Source: Takakia lepidozioides (Eukaryota > Plantae > Bryophyta). Taken from it: 64,000 bases of DNA. The notes beneath the pieces were generated by a model, which was given only the letters and a program-made list of their open reading frames with translations, did not search any database and was not told the origin of the DNA. How positions within the stretch are numbered: position 1 is the stretch's first letter; every line of letters begins with the position of its first letter. The position numbers were made by a program, and so were the translations under genes. Below, piece after piece: positions 14,201 through 25,500 of the stretch. The stretch spans positions 36,518,001 through 36,582,000 of the forward strand of contig CM060731.1 in assembly GCA_030704615.1 (NCBI GenBank), read 5' to 3'.

Positions 14201-15614
14201 CTGCTGAGCTTACTGAGGTTGTTGCTCTCTCCTCCTCGTCCTTCCTGCTCATGAGATAGCCTTGTATTTGTTGTAGGTTACCCTAGGTTGTACAGGTACG
14301 TAAACAATGCTGCTCTGGCCAGGTCCATCATTTGCTGTGATGCTGAGGAGGAAAGCTCCATTTCTCTCCTTCAGGAAAAAGATGACAATCAGGCAGGCAT
14401 GTGCAGAGAAGTGTTAAAAGGAACTCTAAAGTGGCATGGGAATAGCAGGTGAAGTTGCAGCGCGAAACCATAGTGTTGTCGCCTGTTTTCACAGCAGTAT
14501 TTCATCATACTGCTTCTGATGGTCGTGATTTGAAGACTGGCTATGTTCACCTATCTACATTTTCTCAGGTTGAACCTAATTGTCCATCCAAAGCTACTGT
14601 CGTATCTGCTACTGCCACCTTTGTGAAATTTGAACTGTTCTTTAGCCTATCTATCTTAGTTGTTGGTTTTGGAAATTTCTTTCACTTAGATCATGGTAAA
14701 TATACATCTTACAACTCGGCCGAGTCATGTCTGGAGTGTTGCTCTTGCCCTCAAAATTGGACAGATTCTAGTTGTTTTTTTATTTCTTCTGACAGCATGT
14801 GATGTTGGTTCTCTGTGGATGTTGGAGAAGGGGACTTAACAGAATGCTGCAGTGGACATGAAAAGAGCCATTGCAGCGTTGGAGGATGAAGGGGTGAATG
14901 CTTACATTCTGGACTTGCGCAACAATCCTGTGAGTCTTTTTGCATAGTTTGGTGTGCCATTACATTGGTTGCTGAAACATAAAAGGCGTAGCAAGTTTGG
15001 CAGGTGCACTCCGGTGTGAAACTAATGGTGCAAAGGGGGCAGGGTGGGCTGGTGAAGGCAGGATTGGATGTAGCACAGATGTGGCTAGATGGCAATGAGA
15101 CACTGGTGAACACAATTGACCGCAATGGCCTGACACAACCAGTTAATCTTGTTAATGGCCATGCACTGACACATGATCCACTGGTGGTGCTGGTGAATGA
15201 GGGAAGTGCGAGTGCTAGTGAGATTTTAGCTGGAGCCTTGCATGACAATGGGCGTGCCATTCTTGTTGGTCAAAACACGTACGGCAAAGGAAAAATTCAG
15301 GTAACACTTTGCCTTGTTGCAGATGATTGTTGGTTCTGGAAAGCATATGCTAGTGTGCTGATTATGATATTGGGGAACCACTGCAGAGTGTAACGGAGCT
15401 ACCAGATGGATCAGCTCTCTTTGTGACAGTGGCTAAGTATCTGTCGCCAGCGCTTCACCAGATTGACCACGTTGGCATCGCACCAGATGTAAAATGCACC
15501 CCTGGGGATGATCTTCTCACAGACTTGTCATCTCCTACCCGCCAAAGTTCAGGGCTCTCTTTGGAGGGTGATTCTTGTATCCAACTGGCTGAGCGCCAGT
15601 TGAACCTCCATTGA
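11249..15614 (+). CDS. CTPA3: Chloroplast C-terminal processing peptidase (S41A/CtpA family, CTPA3-like) with transit peptide and PDZ domain
   Basis: Exons: 11249-11653, 11834-11915, 12456-12586, 13412-13498, 13720-13798, 13909-13997, 14176-14217 (tentative), 14449-14568, 14843-14929, 15043-15300, 15387-15614. Motifs VNTVQRTLVEAWG, MLATLGDPFTR, GVGL (PDZ), YILDLRNNPGG, LVNEGSASASEILAGAL (catalytic Ser), TYGKGKIQ (catalytic Lys). Paralog name assigned from memory. Confidence 0.88.
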
Positions 15615-16100
15615 TTTGTCAACTATGTTGACAATGAGGTTATTGAACAAATGAACACTGTTGTACAATGAAAGCTTGAAAGGAGTGCCACAATTACCTC
15701 TAGTTACAACTATGGGAAAAGCCAAGGTGTTTGCTTCTGCAGATTGTTGACTGGTACGTGTTAGTACACGCTCTGTATATAGTCATTCATTGCTGGATTG
15801 GAATTCATGGAGTGGCAAAAGATTTACTTTGCTCAACCTGGAACAGTATTGTACACATTCTTCTGTAAATGGACATTGATTAAGTTACTTGATTTCAAAG
15901 AAGGTTGGGAGGCTCCTCCTTGACAGAGACTTGGTTCGGTATTCTGTAAAATTCGGATTGAATCAGTCTAAACTGGTTCACTTCCGCAAAGACTGGTTTT
16001 AATTTGTAATTTGGTTTCATGATATTATAATATCATGAATATTTTTAGTATAACATTGGCTCCATTACTCATTAGTATTGTTAAGAAAATATTGCGTCCA

Positions 16101-16340
16101 CCAGCTGGTAGCCCAGTTGGATAGAGCACTGAATGCCACTAGAGGCGATTTCTGCTTTTAAATCTTAGTGACCACATTGCAGAGTGGGTTCTGCCCTTGT
16201 GAAACGCCCGTGTGCTCATCAAATCCCTGGGAGGTAGCTCAGTACTTGCTGTCTTATGGGCTGGGTTGCTTGAAAGGGATTGATTTTTGCCGCCCTTGAA
16301 TTGTGAGTTGTTCAAATGCCAGCAAGACAGAAGGAAAAAA
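16101..16340 (+). mobile_element. Possible tRNA-derived SINE
   Basis: A-box-like gtagcccagttggatagagca, degenerate B-box region, ends in an A-run. Does not fold as a complete tRNA by eye. Confidence 0.4.
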
Positions 16341-17595
16341 TAGCATACCTCTTAATATGATGAAAAATAAATGTTTTTAAGAGATCTATGACTTGTTCCA
16401 ATTCAACCATTGAATTAGTTTTTGCTGGTCCTGCCAAGGACTCGGTAATTACTAACTAGATACAGCCTTCACTATTTCTGGTCTCTTTATGAAAAGAGAT
16501 GTCAATGGTCTAAATTCAGAACTCCGCTGATGCATTCATTTAGTGTAAGATAAGAGTCTATCATGTATGAGTTCAAAAAAAAACTCTGGAATCAATTTGG
16601 TCCCCGCATTCCTTGAGGGTTCCTAATATGACAATATTATAGATCCCGCAACCGTCATGGGTAGGATAGAGATACACCCAATGCTTGTTCACCATCTTTT
16701 AATTCATCAATCAATGGGCAGTGGCTAAAGATCAATTTTTGAATTGCTATTCAGTTCCATGAACATACCATTGTGACAGCCACTGCTCATTCATCCGTTT
16801 ATGACTTCAAGAGTAGGCCATGTCAATGTTCATGGTGAACAACACATCTTGATTGCATCTGCCAATGACTAAACAAAAGTATGTCAAATATACCGGTAAT
16901 AGAGAGGGCGATAGTGGACATCCTCAACATTGCATCGAATGATCTACATTTGAAAGAAAAAAATTTAGGTACATGCATGCAGCGAAGGGCCCACTCCAGA
17001 ACCTCCGATCAATGAAACAATAAAAAATAAAAATTGCAGACTCCTGCCAAAGGAAGCGTCATTTACGGGGTTGAAGTTTACGGTGTCACTTCAACCCAAA
17101 GGGCTAGTGCCTTTCGTTTGGAAGGTGGACCGGACAATCAACACATACCATATCAATGGGTCCCAAGTCTTCTCCCCTGCAGGGGAATCTGCCTGCCAGA
17201 ACCTGTTACTATCACATGGAATGCTATATACTATACTTATGTGTCTGTTTCTACTGATCATACAAAATTGCTCACATGAGACGTCAAGCACAAAGGCTTA
17301 TGACGCTAGGGATTCTCTTGTGCCTAACTTTATAAAGTATTCGTTACAAGGATAGGTATGTATTCAGTGAGTCCGAGTAGTGACAATTGACCATTACATT
17401 ATTGTTACCTCATGTCCGATTAGAGTCTCTACAGGTCATCCTGGCCGTTGATTCATGTCCAGTAGGATTATAAGTATAGCAGCTGAACCTGTGCTGATTG
17501 GCCACATGCACTAGGACTAAACCTCAAGAAATGTATGATAAGGGGGTATGACCTTTGGAGAACAAGTGAATGGCCAACATTCTTTAGATTTGGAC

Positions 17596-17933
17596 CACTG
17601 TTGGGCGATTATTTGATTTCTTTCATAACCTCCGGTTCTGGTTTTTACAAAATATTAGGATCAAAGAACCTCCGGTTCCGGTTTTTCCATATATTACCGG
17701 TTCCAGTTAATTCTAGAACCTCAAAGAACCGGCAGTTTTCATCAAATAACCAGCGGGTCTTGGGCAGATCTTTGACGGTTTTCAAGCTGGTTATCTCAAA
17801 ACTACGTAACCAGCGATTATGAGCCTTTTGCCGGTTCTTTGTTTTTTTGAGAACCACGTTTATATATCTATATAACCTTCTTCTTGATAACCTCCGTGGG
17901 TTTGTAGCTGAATCAGAGAAACTCCCAACACTG
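17596..17933. mobile_element. hAT-type MITE
   Basis: TIRs cactgttggg ... cccaacactg (9/10 match). 8-bp flanks atttggac (17588-17595) and gtttggac (17934-17941). aaccgg-rich interior. Confidence 0.7.
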
Positions 17934-17941
17934 GTTTGGAC

Positions 17942-19032
17942 CAGTTACATGTATTTTTAAATACCAGACTGGTCCTGGTTTGAAGGATCCCAATCCTTAT
18001 GCATAGCAGCCTGGTAAGGGTATGGTGGCAGGTATCACCTGGTAGTGTATCGATGGTAAGAATGGGTAAGAGGACCTGTAAATTGGACCATATATGAGTG
18101 TGGTATTGGTATGGTATTTTTTGATATTCATATCGAGGGTATATGAACATTGATATGGTAGTACTTCTACTGCTCTTCATACACATTGAGAATGTACAAC
18201 ATTGAAAGACATGTCTGAGCTAACAAGTTGGAGTTTTCTCACCAGTTACCAGTTGCCCACTTGAGCTCAAATCACAAGTCACAAGTCCTTCACTGAAGAG
18301 AGTTTGTTGTGTAGCATGGACGCTCAACCCTAATGCCCTCTCCCTACTCTCCATTGCCACTTGCAACCCTCAAGATTGGTATCGCACGTAGGTCGTAGGA
18401 CAGCGGCGAAAACCCAAGCTGCTCTAGTATCAAGTTTGAACGAGCAAAACATTAACTCAATATCCACCCTAAGTAGGTTATGCGCTTGGGTTCTTTCATA
18501 CCAATCAGGTATGGTTCTTCATACCATTACTCATATGGCTCAGAATTTTGTGTGGCCTTGTCGTTATGAGGCTGGTCAAACGACCATCAGGCCGTCTCAT
18601 TAATATAGGAGCAAACTACCTTCATGCCTCAAGGACTTAGAATTTTTTTGGCATATGAATTTTACAACTACCTCCATGCAGGTAGTTTTAGGGTTTTCTA
18701 CATGAAGGTAGCTGCAAAACCAAGCTGAACTACCTGCATGAGAGTAGTTGCATACCACCTCCGTGGAAGTAGTTACAGTAAGCGCCAACCACCTGAACTA
18801 CGTTCAAGGATTGGAACCCGAGACCTGCATCACCACAACGACATCGACCTACCACCACACCAAAACCCAACGATTCGACCATTTTTCAATATATAAGAGA
18901 AACAGTGGAATAGGGATCCTTTTAATGTCCCCTCTACACCCTGCGGCCTCATTACGACAAGGCCACACAAAATTCTGAGGCGGGCTTACTCATATCCTTA
19001 CTACATACCCAGGTCTGACCGGTCCAACACTG
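17942..19032. mobile_element. Second hAT-like non-autonomous element adjacent to the first
   Basis: Ends ccaacactg (19024-19032) and is flanked by gtttggac on both sides (17934-17941, 19033-19040). Left TIR is degenerate (cagtt). Confidence 0.5.
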
Positions 19033-20969
19033 GTTTGGACATAAGAATGTAAGCAAACCTATGAGTTCGACGAATTTTGTAGGTTCGGTACCAATAAGGT
19101 GGCATCGGATATAGGTTCAGGAAATAGGCTTGGGCTTGGTTCGCCGGTTAACCATACAACCATACATACACACACAGGGAACACCTTGCTAAACGCCCCC
19201 CTTTGGTTGATTTTATTTTTTGAGTGACTTGGGCTACATATTTTTACCATCACTTTCAAATCCCCCTACCGGCCTATAAAACCCTTTCCACAACTATTCC
19301 GCCTAATTCTCAGTGACGCAACATTCATCCAACCTCTCTACCAGCCGACCGCCGCGATGGATGGACGCCGACGCTGCTGGACTGCCTGTCGCCGGCAACA
19401 GGTCCCGTCCGGACAGTGCACACCGGATGGGCCAGCCGGGACAGACTGGACAACGGCCCGCGCGGGCAGCCTACCCGTTCCTCGTGGCCCCGGCCACCGT
19501 AGATTTGGATACGGTTCCGTGCACTCCTCCGTGCTTGCATGACCTCCATGCCCATGCCCACATGCCCACCCATGCAAGCGACCGCGTGATCAATTCCCAG
19601 GAATATGGTCCTACTTCACTATATCTCTGCTATTTATGTTACATGCATCCAATTTTAGAGCTACAAGCTCTTTTAGGCTTTACCCACGTAAGTCATATTT
19701 TTAGGTCGTTGCATGATGGCGGTTCACCCCAGCCATTCTTTTAGTAGCGAATAATCGCCAGATTTCGACCTCCCGCGGGTCTTGGCGACAGGGGTAAAGG
19801 GAAATGAGGCTGAAAAATCATCACTTTTCGCCCTTAGCTGATCTGATGGGCCCACCATTCGCTAGAGGGGCCGCCACAGGGAGGCACATGGCGCCATATT
19901 GAGTGAAGATAGTTTACAGCAGAGGAGCCAGATCCCACCGACCACGTGCAGGACATCGCCGCATTCCGAGTGCGCGGGAGGACGTGGAGCCAGCTATGTT
20001 GCCCATTTTTGTACATAGATATATAAACGGTGGCAGAGGGTTACAAAAACGGAATGAGAATGTCATTTATTCATTGTTTTTGGGATGAAAGGACACATGT
20101 CATCAAGTTTAGGGGGAAAAAAAAAAACCTTAAACACACTTCTTTCTTTCATTTTTTTCCTCTCCTCTCTTTAGGCCTTAGGGCTGCTTGCAAGTTGCAG
20201 AGCGTGCTTTCGCATGCACTTTATGTTAGTATCAGTAATCACTCAAGGCTGCGATTAAAGAGAGCAAACATTGATACTTCTTATCTATGTGCCATGTAGC
20301 ATTAGGCAGGGCCAGGGTTCAAATATGCCACAGTGTAGATTGACAAATGCAGTATAAGCCAATTTAAGGTTTTCTACTTATGAATGGTGGTTTAAATTTT
20401 TTGGTGGTGTTTGGCATAATTTCTGCCTAGTCTCCAATGATGCCTAAACCCTCCAATTTGCTATGTCAATTCTGGGTTATTCACCTCAACAAGTCTACTA
20501 GGTTTCATATTATCGCCAGCCATTTCCACTAAGCATTTTGTACAAGCGCCAGACATGCTCCTCTAAGGAGCTAATGGATGCCACTTGTGCTACAATGTAA
20601 ATACCTTAAGAGAACGCTGGTTCACCCCCACTTCCTAAGCACGCGGCCATGCCATGACATGGACCGCGCCATACTCGTGGTACGGAGAGTACGGTACGGA
20701 CGAAGGGCATAAAGGCACGTGGGTGATAGGTGGCGCAGGCTACCGTACTGTATGCGCCCTTCACGCCTGTCAGTATATTACTCATTATAGATAATTTCTA
20801 CTGGCTGCTTATTACTTTATTACTAATTCAACGTCGTACTGTTTACGGTCGTGCATGGTAAACAACGGTCACACTATCCTTTCGTGTCATACATTAATTC
20901 AGAAAGTTTCACATGTTTCGTTTTGTTTTTTTGTTGTTTTTGCTTGGCAAAATATTGAAACAAATAGAA

Positions 20970-21290
20970 AATTCACTTGGGTGCTCACAAATCAGGCCCC
21001 TTAGCTACAGTGAGATGACCTCTTTCAAAGACATCTGTCCAATAAGTGACACCACCCAGAGGAAGAGGGAGAAGATTATATCACACCTGACAAGGTATCA
21101 GGATTTGAACCCAGAATCATCTCGGTGGCTCTAGGTTCGGAGCTTGTGGTTGTTTTATATGACTTGGGGGTAAAATTAACCCCGTCTCTGAGCCATGCAT
21201 AGAAGGGCCAGCCCAACAAGGGAGACGAATCCACTGGGGATTGAACCCTAAACCCACAAGGCAATGCACCAAGGATCAAGCAAAGCAGCA
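20970..21290 (-). mobile_element. Two degenerate SINE-like heads with Pol III B-boxes
   Basis: Minus-strand ggttcaaatcc (~21101-21111) and ggttcaatccc (~21237-21247). No full cloverleaf seen. Confidence 0.3.
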
Positions 21291-22508
21291 CAGTACTAAA
21301 TTGGGGAGATGTTTTAGACATATTATTTAGTTATATATGTTTGATCTGAAAAAAAAGGGGGCGGTTCCCTGTTTAACTTTATAGACATGTGTTGCACAGT
21401 CAGTATTATGATTTTAGAATCCAAAATTTATAGTAGTCATTTTTTTTTCCTTTAAATTTTGAACATGGTACAGTGGCCCTGTATAAAATTTATTCGAAAT
21501 AATATCTTTTATTATCCAAAACAATGGCTGAAAATTAAAAAATATTGATATTTTACAAGTAGAATTCTGTTAAATCAATTTAAAAATACAAAACAACAAT
21601 GTTATTGAAAAAAGTTATGCCAGCCTGTCATTGTCATGTGAGATTTTCTTTTTTCTTTTTTTTCTTTTTTTTCTGAGAAGGGTTTTTTTTATTATCAATA
21701 TATCGGGCCTACCTATCTTGGCAGGCCTTATAGAAAAAGATATATGACGAAAATAAAAACGATATGACGATAACAGCGCAAGAGTAGGTACGTGTGGGTG
21801 AGACAGACGTCAGCCATTTGGATGCCTGTACGTTTCTTGTACTCGATTTGTCCTTTCTTTTTTATTAGTGGCTTACTATCTAGAGTACGAGAGGGTGGTG
21901 GTGAGTGTGCAAGTGACTAGTAAGTAGACGACACGCAAGCCGAGTGTTAGTTTGTGGTCGGGATGGTTGGTTTGTTTTATTAGGGCCCCGCAGAGCGCGT
22001 GCCTCATCTCCCGCAAGCGCATGTAAGTAAGTGGTGAAGGGTCCTTTTTATAAGGGGTTCTGCTGCGGGGCTTTCGCCAATCACCCTGCCTGCTCCACGC
22101 TCCTGCCTCATAAAGCCATGCCGACCCCGCCCCTGCACAGCTCTCCTTGCTCCGCTTCTGATGTTGCAAAGGTTATGTCACGTTATTATTTGGGAGAAGG
22201 AAGCTTGTGAGGTGCAGCTCAGGCTCTCAAACTTGCCTTTGATTGCATGTAAGCGAGAGGTTGAGGAAGCGATTTGATGTTAGTGCAATATTTACTGGCG
22301 CTGGTGTTGGCAGCTTGCGGGGAAGCGGTGAGGTGTGAGGTGAGTGGAGGAGGTCCCTCCCTCATTGTAAGGGAGGCAAAACGATTCTTTGGAGGCTTGC
22401 ACCTTAGAGTTCCATCTTTTTCTCAAGCATGCTGTGGTCGAGGAGGAGCGCGTAAGAGGAGACTATTCGTCGAGTAGTTGCTGCATTGATTGGGAAGAGG
22501 GGACTGCA

Positions 22509-25500
22509 ATGACAGATCAAGAGAAGAAAGCTGGCCTTGAGGCCATCAATAATGAGACCGTGGATCTGGTACACATATAGCTGTTCTCCATGATGCTGGA
22601 GCTCTGAAAAGCTTGGTTCTTTGTTTGCGCTGATTTTCATCCCTTTTCTCTGCCTTTCTCTTCTCTCATTAGGAGCTGCTGAATTTAGAGCATTGTTTCA
22701 TTCCAAGCTCACCGTTGCAAAAGGCTATTGCACTTATTAATGTCCTGGTGTGTGCATTACTGGTGTCGGCTTCCTCGGAGATCAATCGCGTCTGCTGCTT
22801 GGGGAAGTTTGAGAGAATACTCTAACGATTGGTTGTCTTCCTCCGCGTACCATGAACAAGAATGAAGTCATATGCTGAGGATCAGTGCACTGCATCCATG
22901 CATATGTACTCACCGGCTATTGTTATGGCCCAAGTGTACTCAAAGTTCATTTGTATTTTCCTGTAGTCTCCCCATGCTCTCGAACTCTTCGGCCTTATCC
23001 TTTGAACTGCTTTTCTTCCTCCCCATGGCCGTCCTATAGATGCTTCAACCCCAAGCCGCTACCGCTTGAGACGATCCTTGTCGATGCAATGAGACCAAGT
23101 ACCGTTGCTCTTTGAGTATAGCCAACATCCATTGGTTCAGCACATGGTGTCTAATATGTGAGGCTTCAGGCCTATGCATGCAATGTCGTTGGTGGGGGGA
23201 CTCGTCTTGGACAAGTATCCATTATCTTTGTCCATCCCACTTGACCGATCAGTCTGTAATTGTGTGTGAACTAAAGATTAAAAAATCGTCTGTGCTTTCA
23301 ATCCAATTGTGTGCAGGAGCTTATTCCAATAGTGGAGGTGTTTGAGCAGTTGCGATGCACAAGCGCAGGGCTAACCTCGGAAGAAGGAGAAGCGCGCCTC
23401 AAAATCTTTGGTCATAACAAGCTCGAGGAAAAGACGGTACTGGCAATTTTCCTGAAGATGGCTTCCTGTTCTCAGAGAATAGTCCAATGGAATTAGTGAA
23501 GGGGTGCACAGGTTAAAAGATTGATTTTTCATTCAAATTGCCATAATACTTTGTAATGTGATCACATTAGCTCTTCACTGTGCACTTTTGGGGGGAAGGG
23601 TACATCAAATGTGAATCCATAAAGAGTGAAAGATAGATACTTTTCAGGGAGGAGGGAAGTAGGCGGCAGCTGTGCTCTTGATTAAAAATAGCAGGGAGAT
23701 GGAAAATGATGTTGGAGATTGTGCATGTCCTTGGAGCAGGAAAGCAAGTTCTTGAAATTCCTTGGATTTATGTGGAACCCTTTGTCATGGGTAATGGAGG
23801 CTGCTGCCATCATGGCCATTGCCATGACCAATGGAGGAGTAAGTACCGCCCTTATCATCTCCAAGCTGTATGTCGTCAGCTGATGCTGCAAATGCTCCAC
23901 ATTAAAAAGAATTCAAGTGTGCTCCTGGTTTCTTTCGTTTGGTTCCTTTTATGAGCTTTTGCATGATCAGAAGGAAAGGGCACAGTGATACTGACATGAA
24001 ATCAATGATCACCCGATTATGCACAGGACCGCCCACCTGACTGGCAGGACTTCGTGGGTATTATGACTCTCCTGGCAATCAATTCCACAATTAGTTTCAT
24101 AGAGGAAAACAATGCAGGCAATGCTGCAGCTGCATTAATGGCACGACTTGCCCCAAAGACAAAGGTCAGGCACTTCAGCAATGTCGCATGCCTTCATTCT
24201 TGATATCCTCAGTTTTGCATTTTTGAAGATGGTCGTTCTCTCTGAAGTGCCCCACCAATTAACTTTCTTTATCATGTTTGATTTTGGGCTTTAGGTCTGT
24301 CAAATCATGCAGTGGTTTCCACTTTTATCATATTTCTCTTGAGTAACACATGACCAATTCGCAGGTTCTTCGTGATGGTCGGTGGGGTGAACAAGACGCA
24401 GTTATATTAGTGCCAGGCGATATTGTCAGCATTAAGCTTGGGGACATTATTCCAGCTGATGCACGCCTTCTTGAAGGAGATCCTTTGAAGATAGACCAGG
24501 TAATTAATTTTTTGGTTCATTGGGATGAAGCGTCTGGGGTCTTGACAGCAGTCCTGACCCTCTCTCATTATCCAAAAATCTGTTTCGTTAATGATTCAAT
24601 TCTTGCTAGACCTCTTTAGCAGACATTTCAAAGTTCTTAGTGGATTCTGTGAAGATTGGGGTAGACAGGCCAATATGTGTTACCCTGTTAGCTGTCTTCT
24701 ATTCGGCTCTTTTGTCATCAGATAGTAGGCAATGAGATAGGTACTGGAAGGAAGCCAAATTCAAAATGGATGTGGGTCTACTAACACTGTTGAAGGAGGA
24801 GACAATGAAAGGATAGTTACAATGTCTGCACAAAGCCCAAAGAGTTTATGGGACAAGAGAAAGCATGAAACAAGAAAGAGAGTGGGGCCCTCAACAAGCA
24901 GCCCAAAAACAACCATTGATCAAGGGATCTTCTAAGAGTCAATGCCTCGTGTAGAAAGAGGTTGGTTATGTCCTTTGGAGGCCCAAAGGGTCTAAGGGGC
25001 ACAAGTAGAACAACAGAGAATCATAGAAAATGCCCCATAGAAGCCAAAACAATACTCGTGCATAAAGGCATGCAGAAAGCCACAGTCACTTTGGGTCCTC
25101 ATAGGCAAGGGTATCTGCCAGGGACAGAAAATCTCTAGAGAAAGAGAGATATGCTTGTCAACATTTTAAGGTACTTTGAAGAGTACTTCTCATGTCATGT
25201 CTTCTATTGCTATTGACAGTCGGCTCTCACTGGTGAATCCCTCCCCGTTACAAAGAACCCTGGGGATGAGGTCTATTCAGGCTCTACTTGCAAGCAGGGA
25301 GAAATTGAGGCAATTGTAATTGCAACTGGGGTCCACACTTTCTTTGGGAAAGCTGCACATCTTGTTGATTCAACAAATCAAGTTGGCCATTTCCAGAAGG
25401 TATTTGTGGGGGTCAGGTTATGTGAATTGGCACACATTACATGCCTTGAGTACAGTAAACCAGGTTTTGATCTCTTTCTGGTGGTTATAGTTGTCTGCAT

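Noticed and set aside
19313-19744. GC-rich ORF cluster
   Set aside because: Overlapping ORFs in several frames reflect local GC richness; no domain seen.
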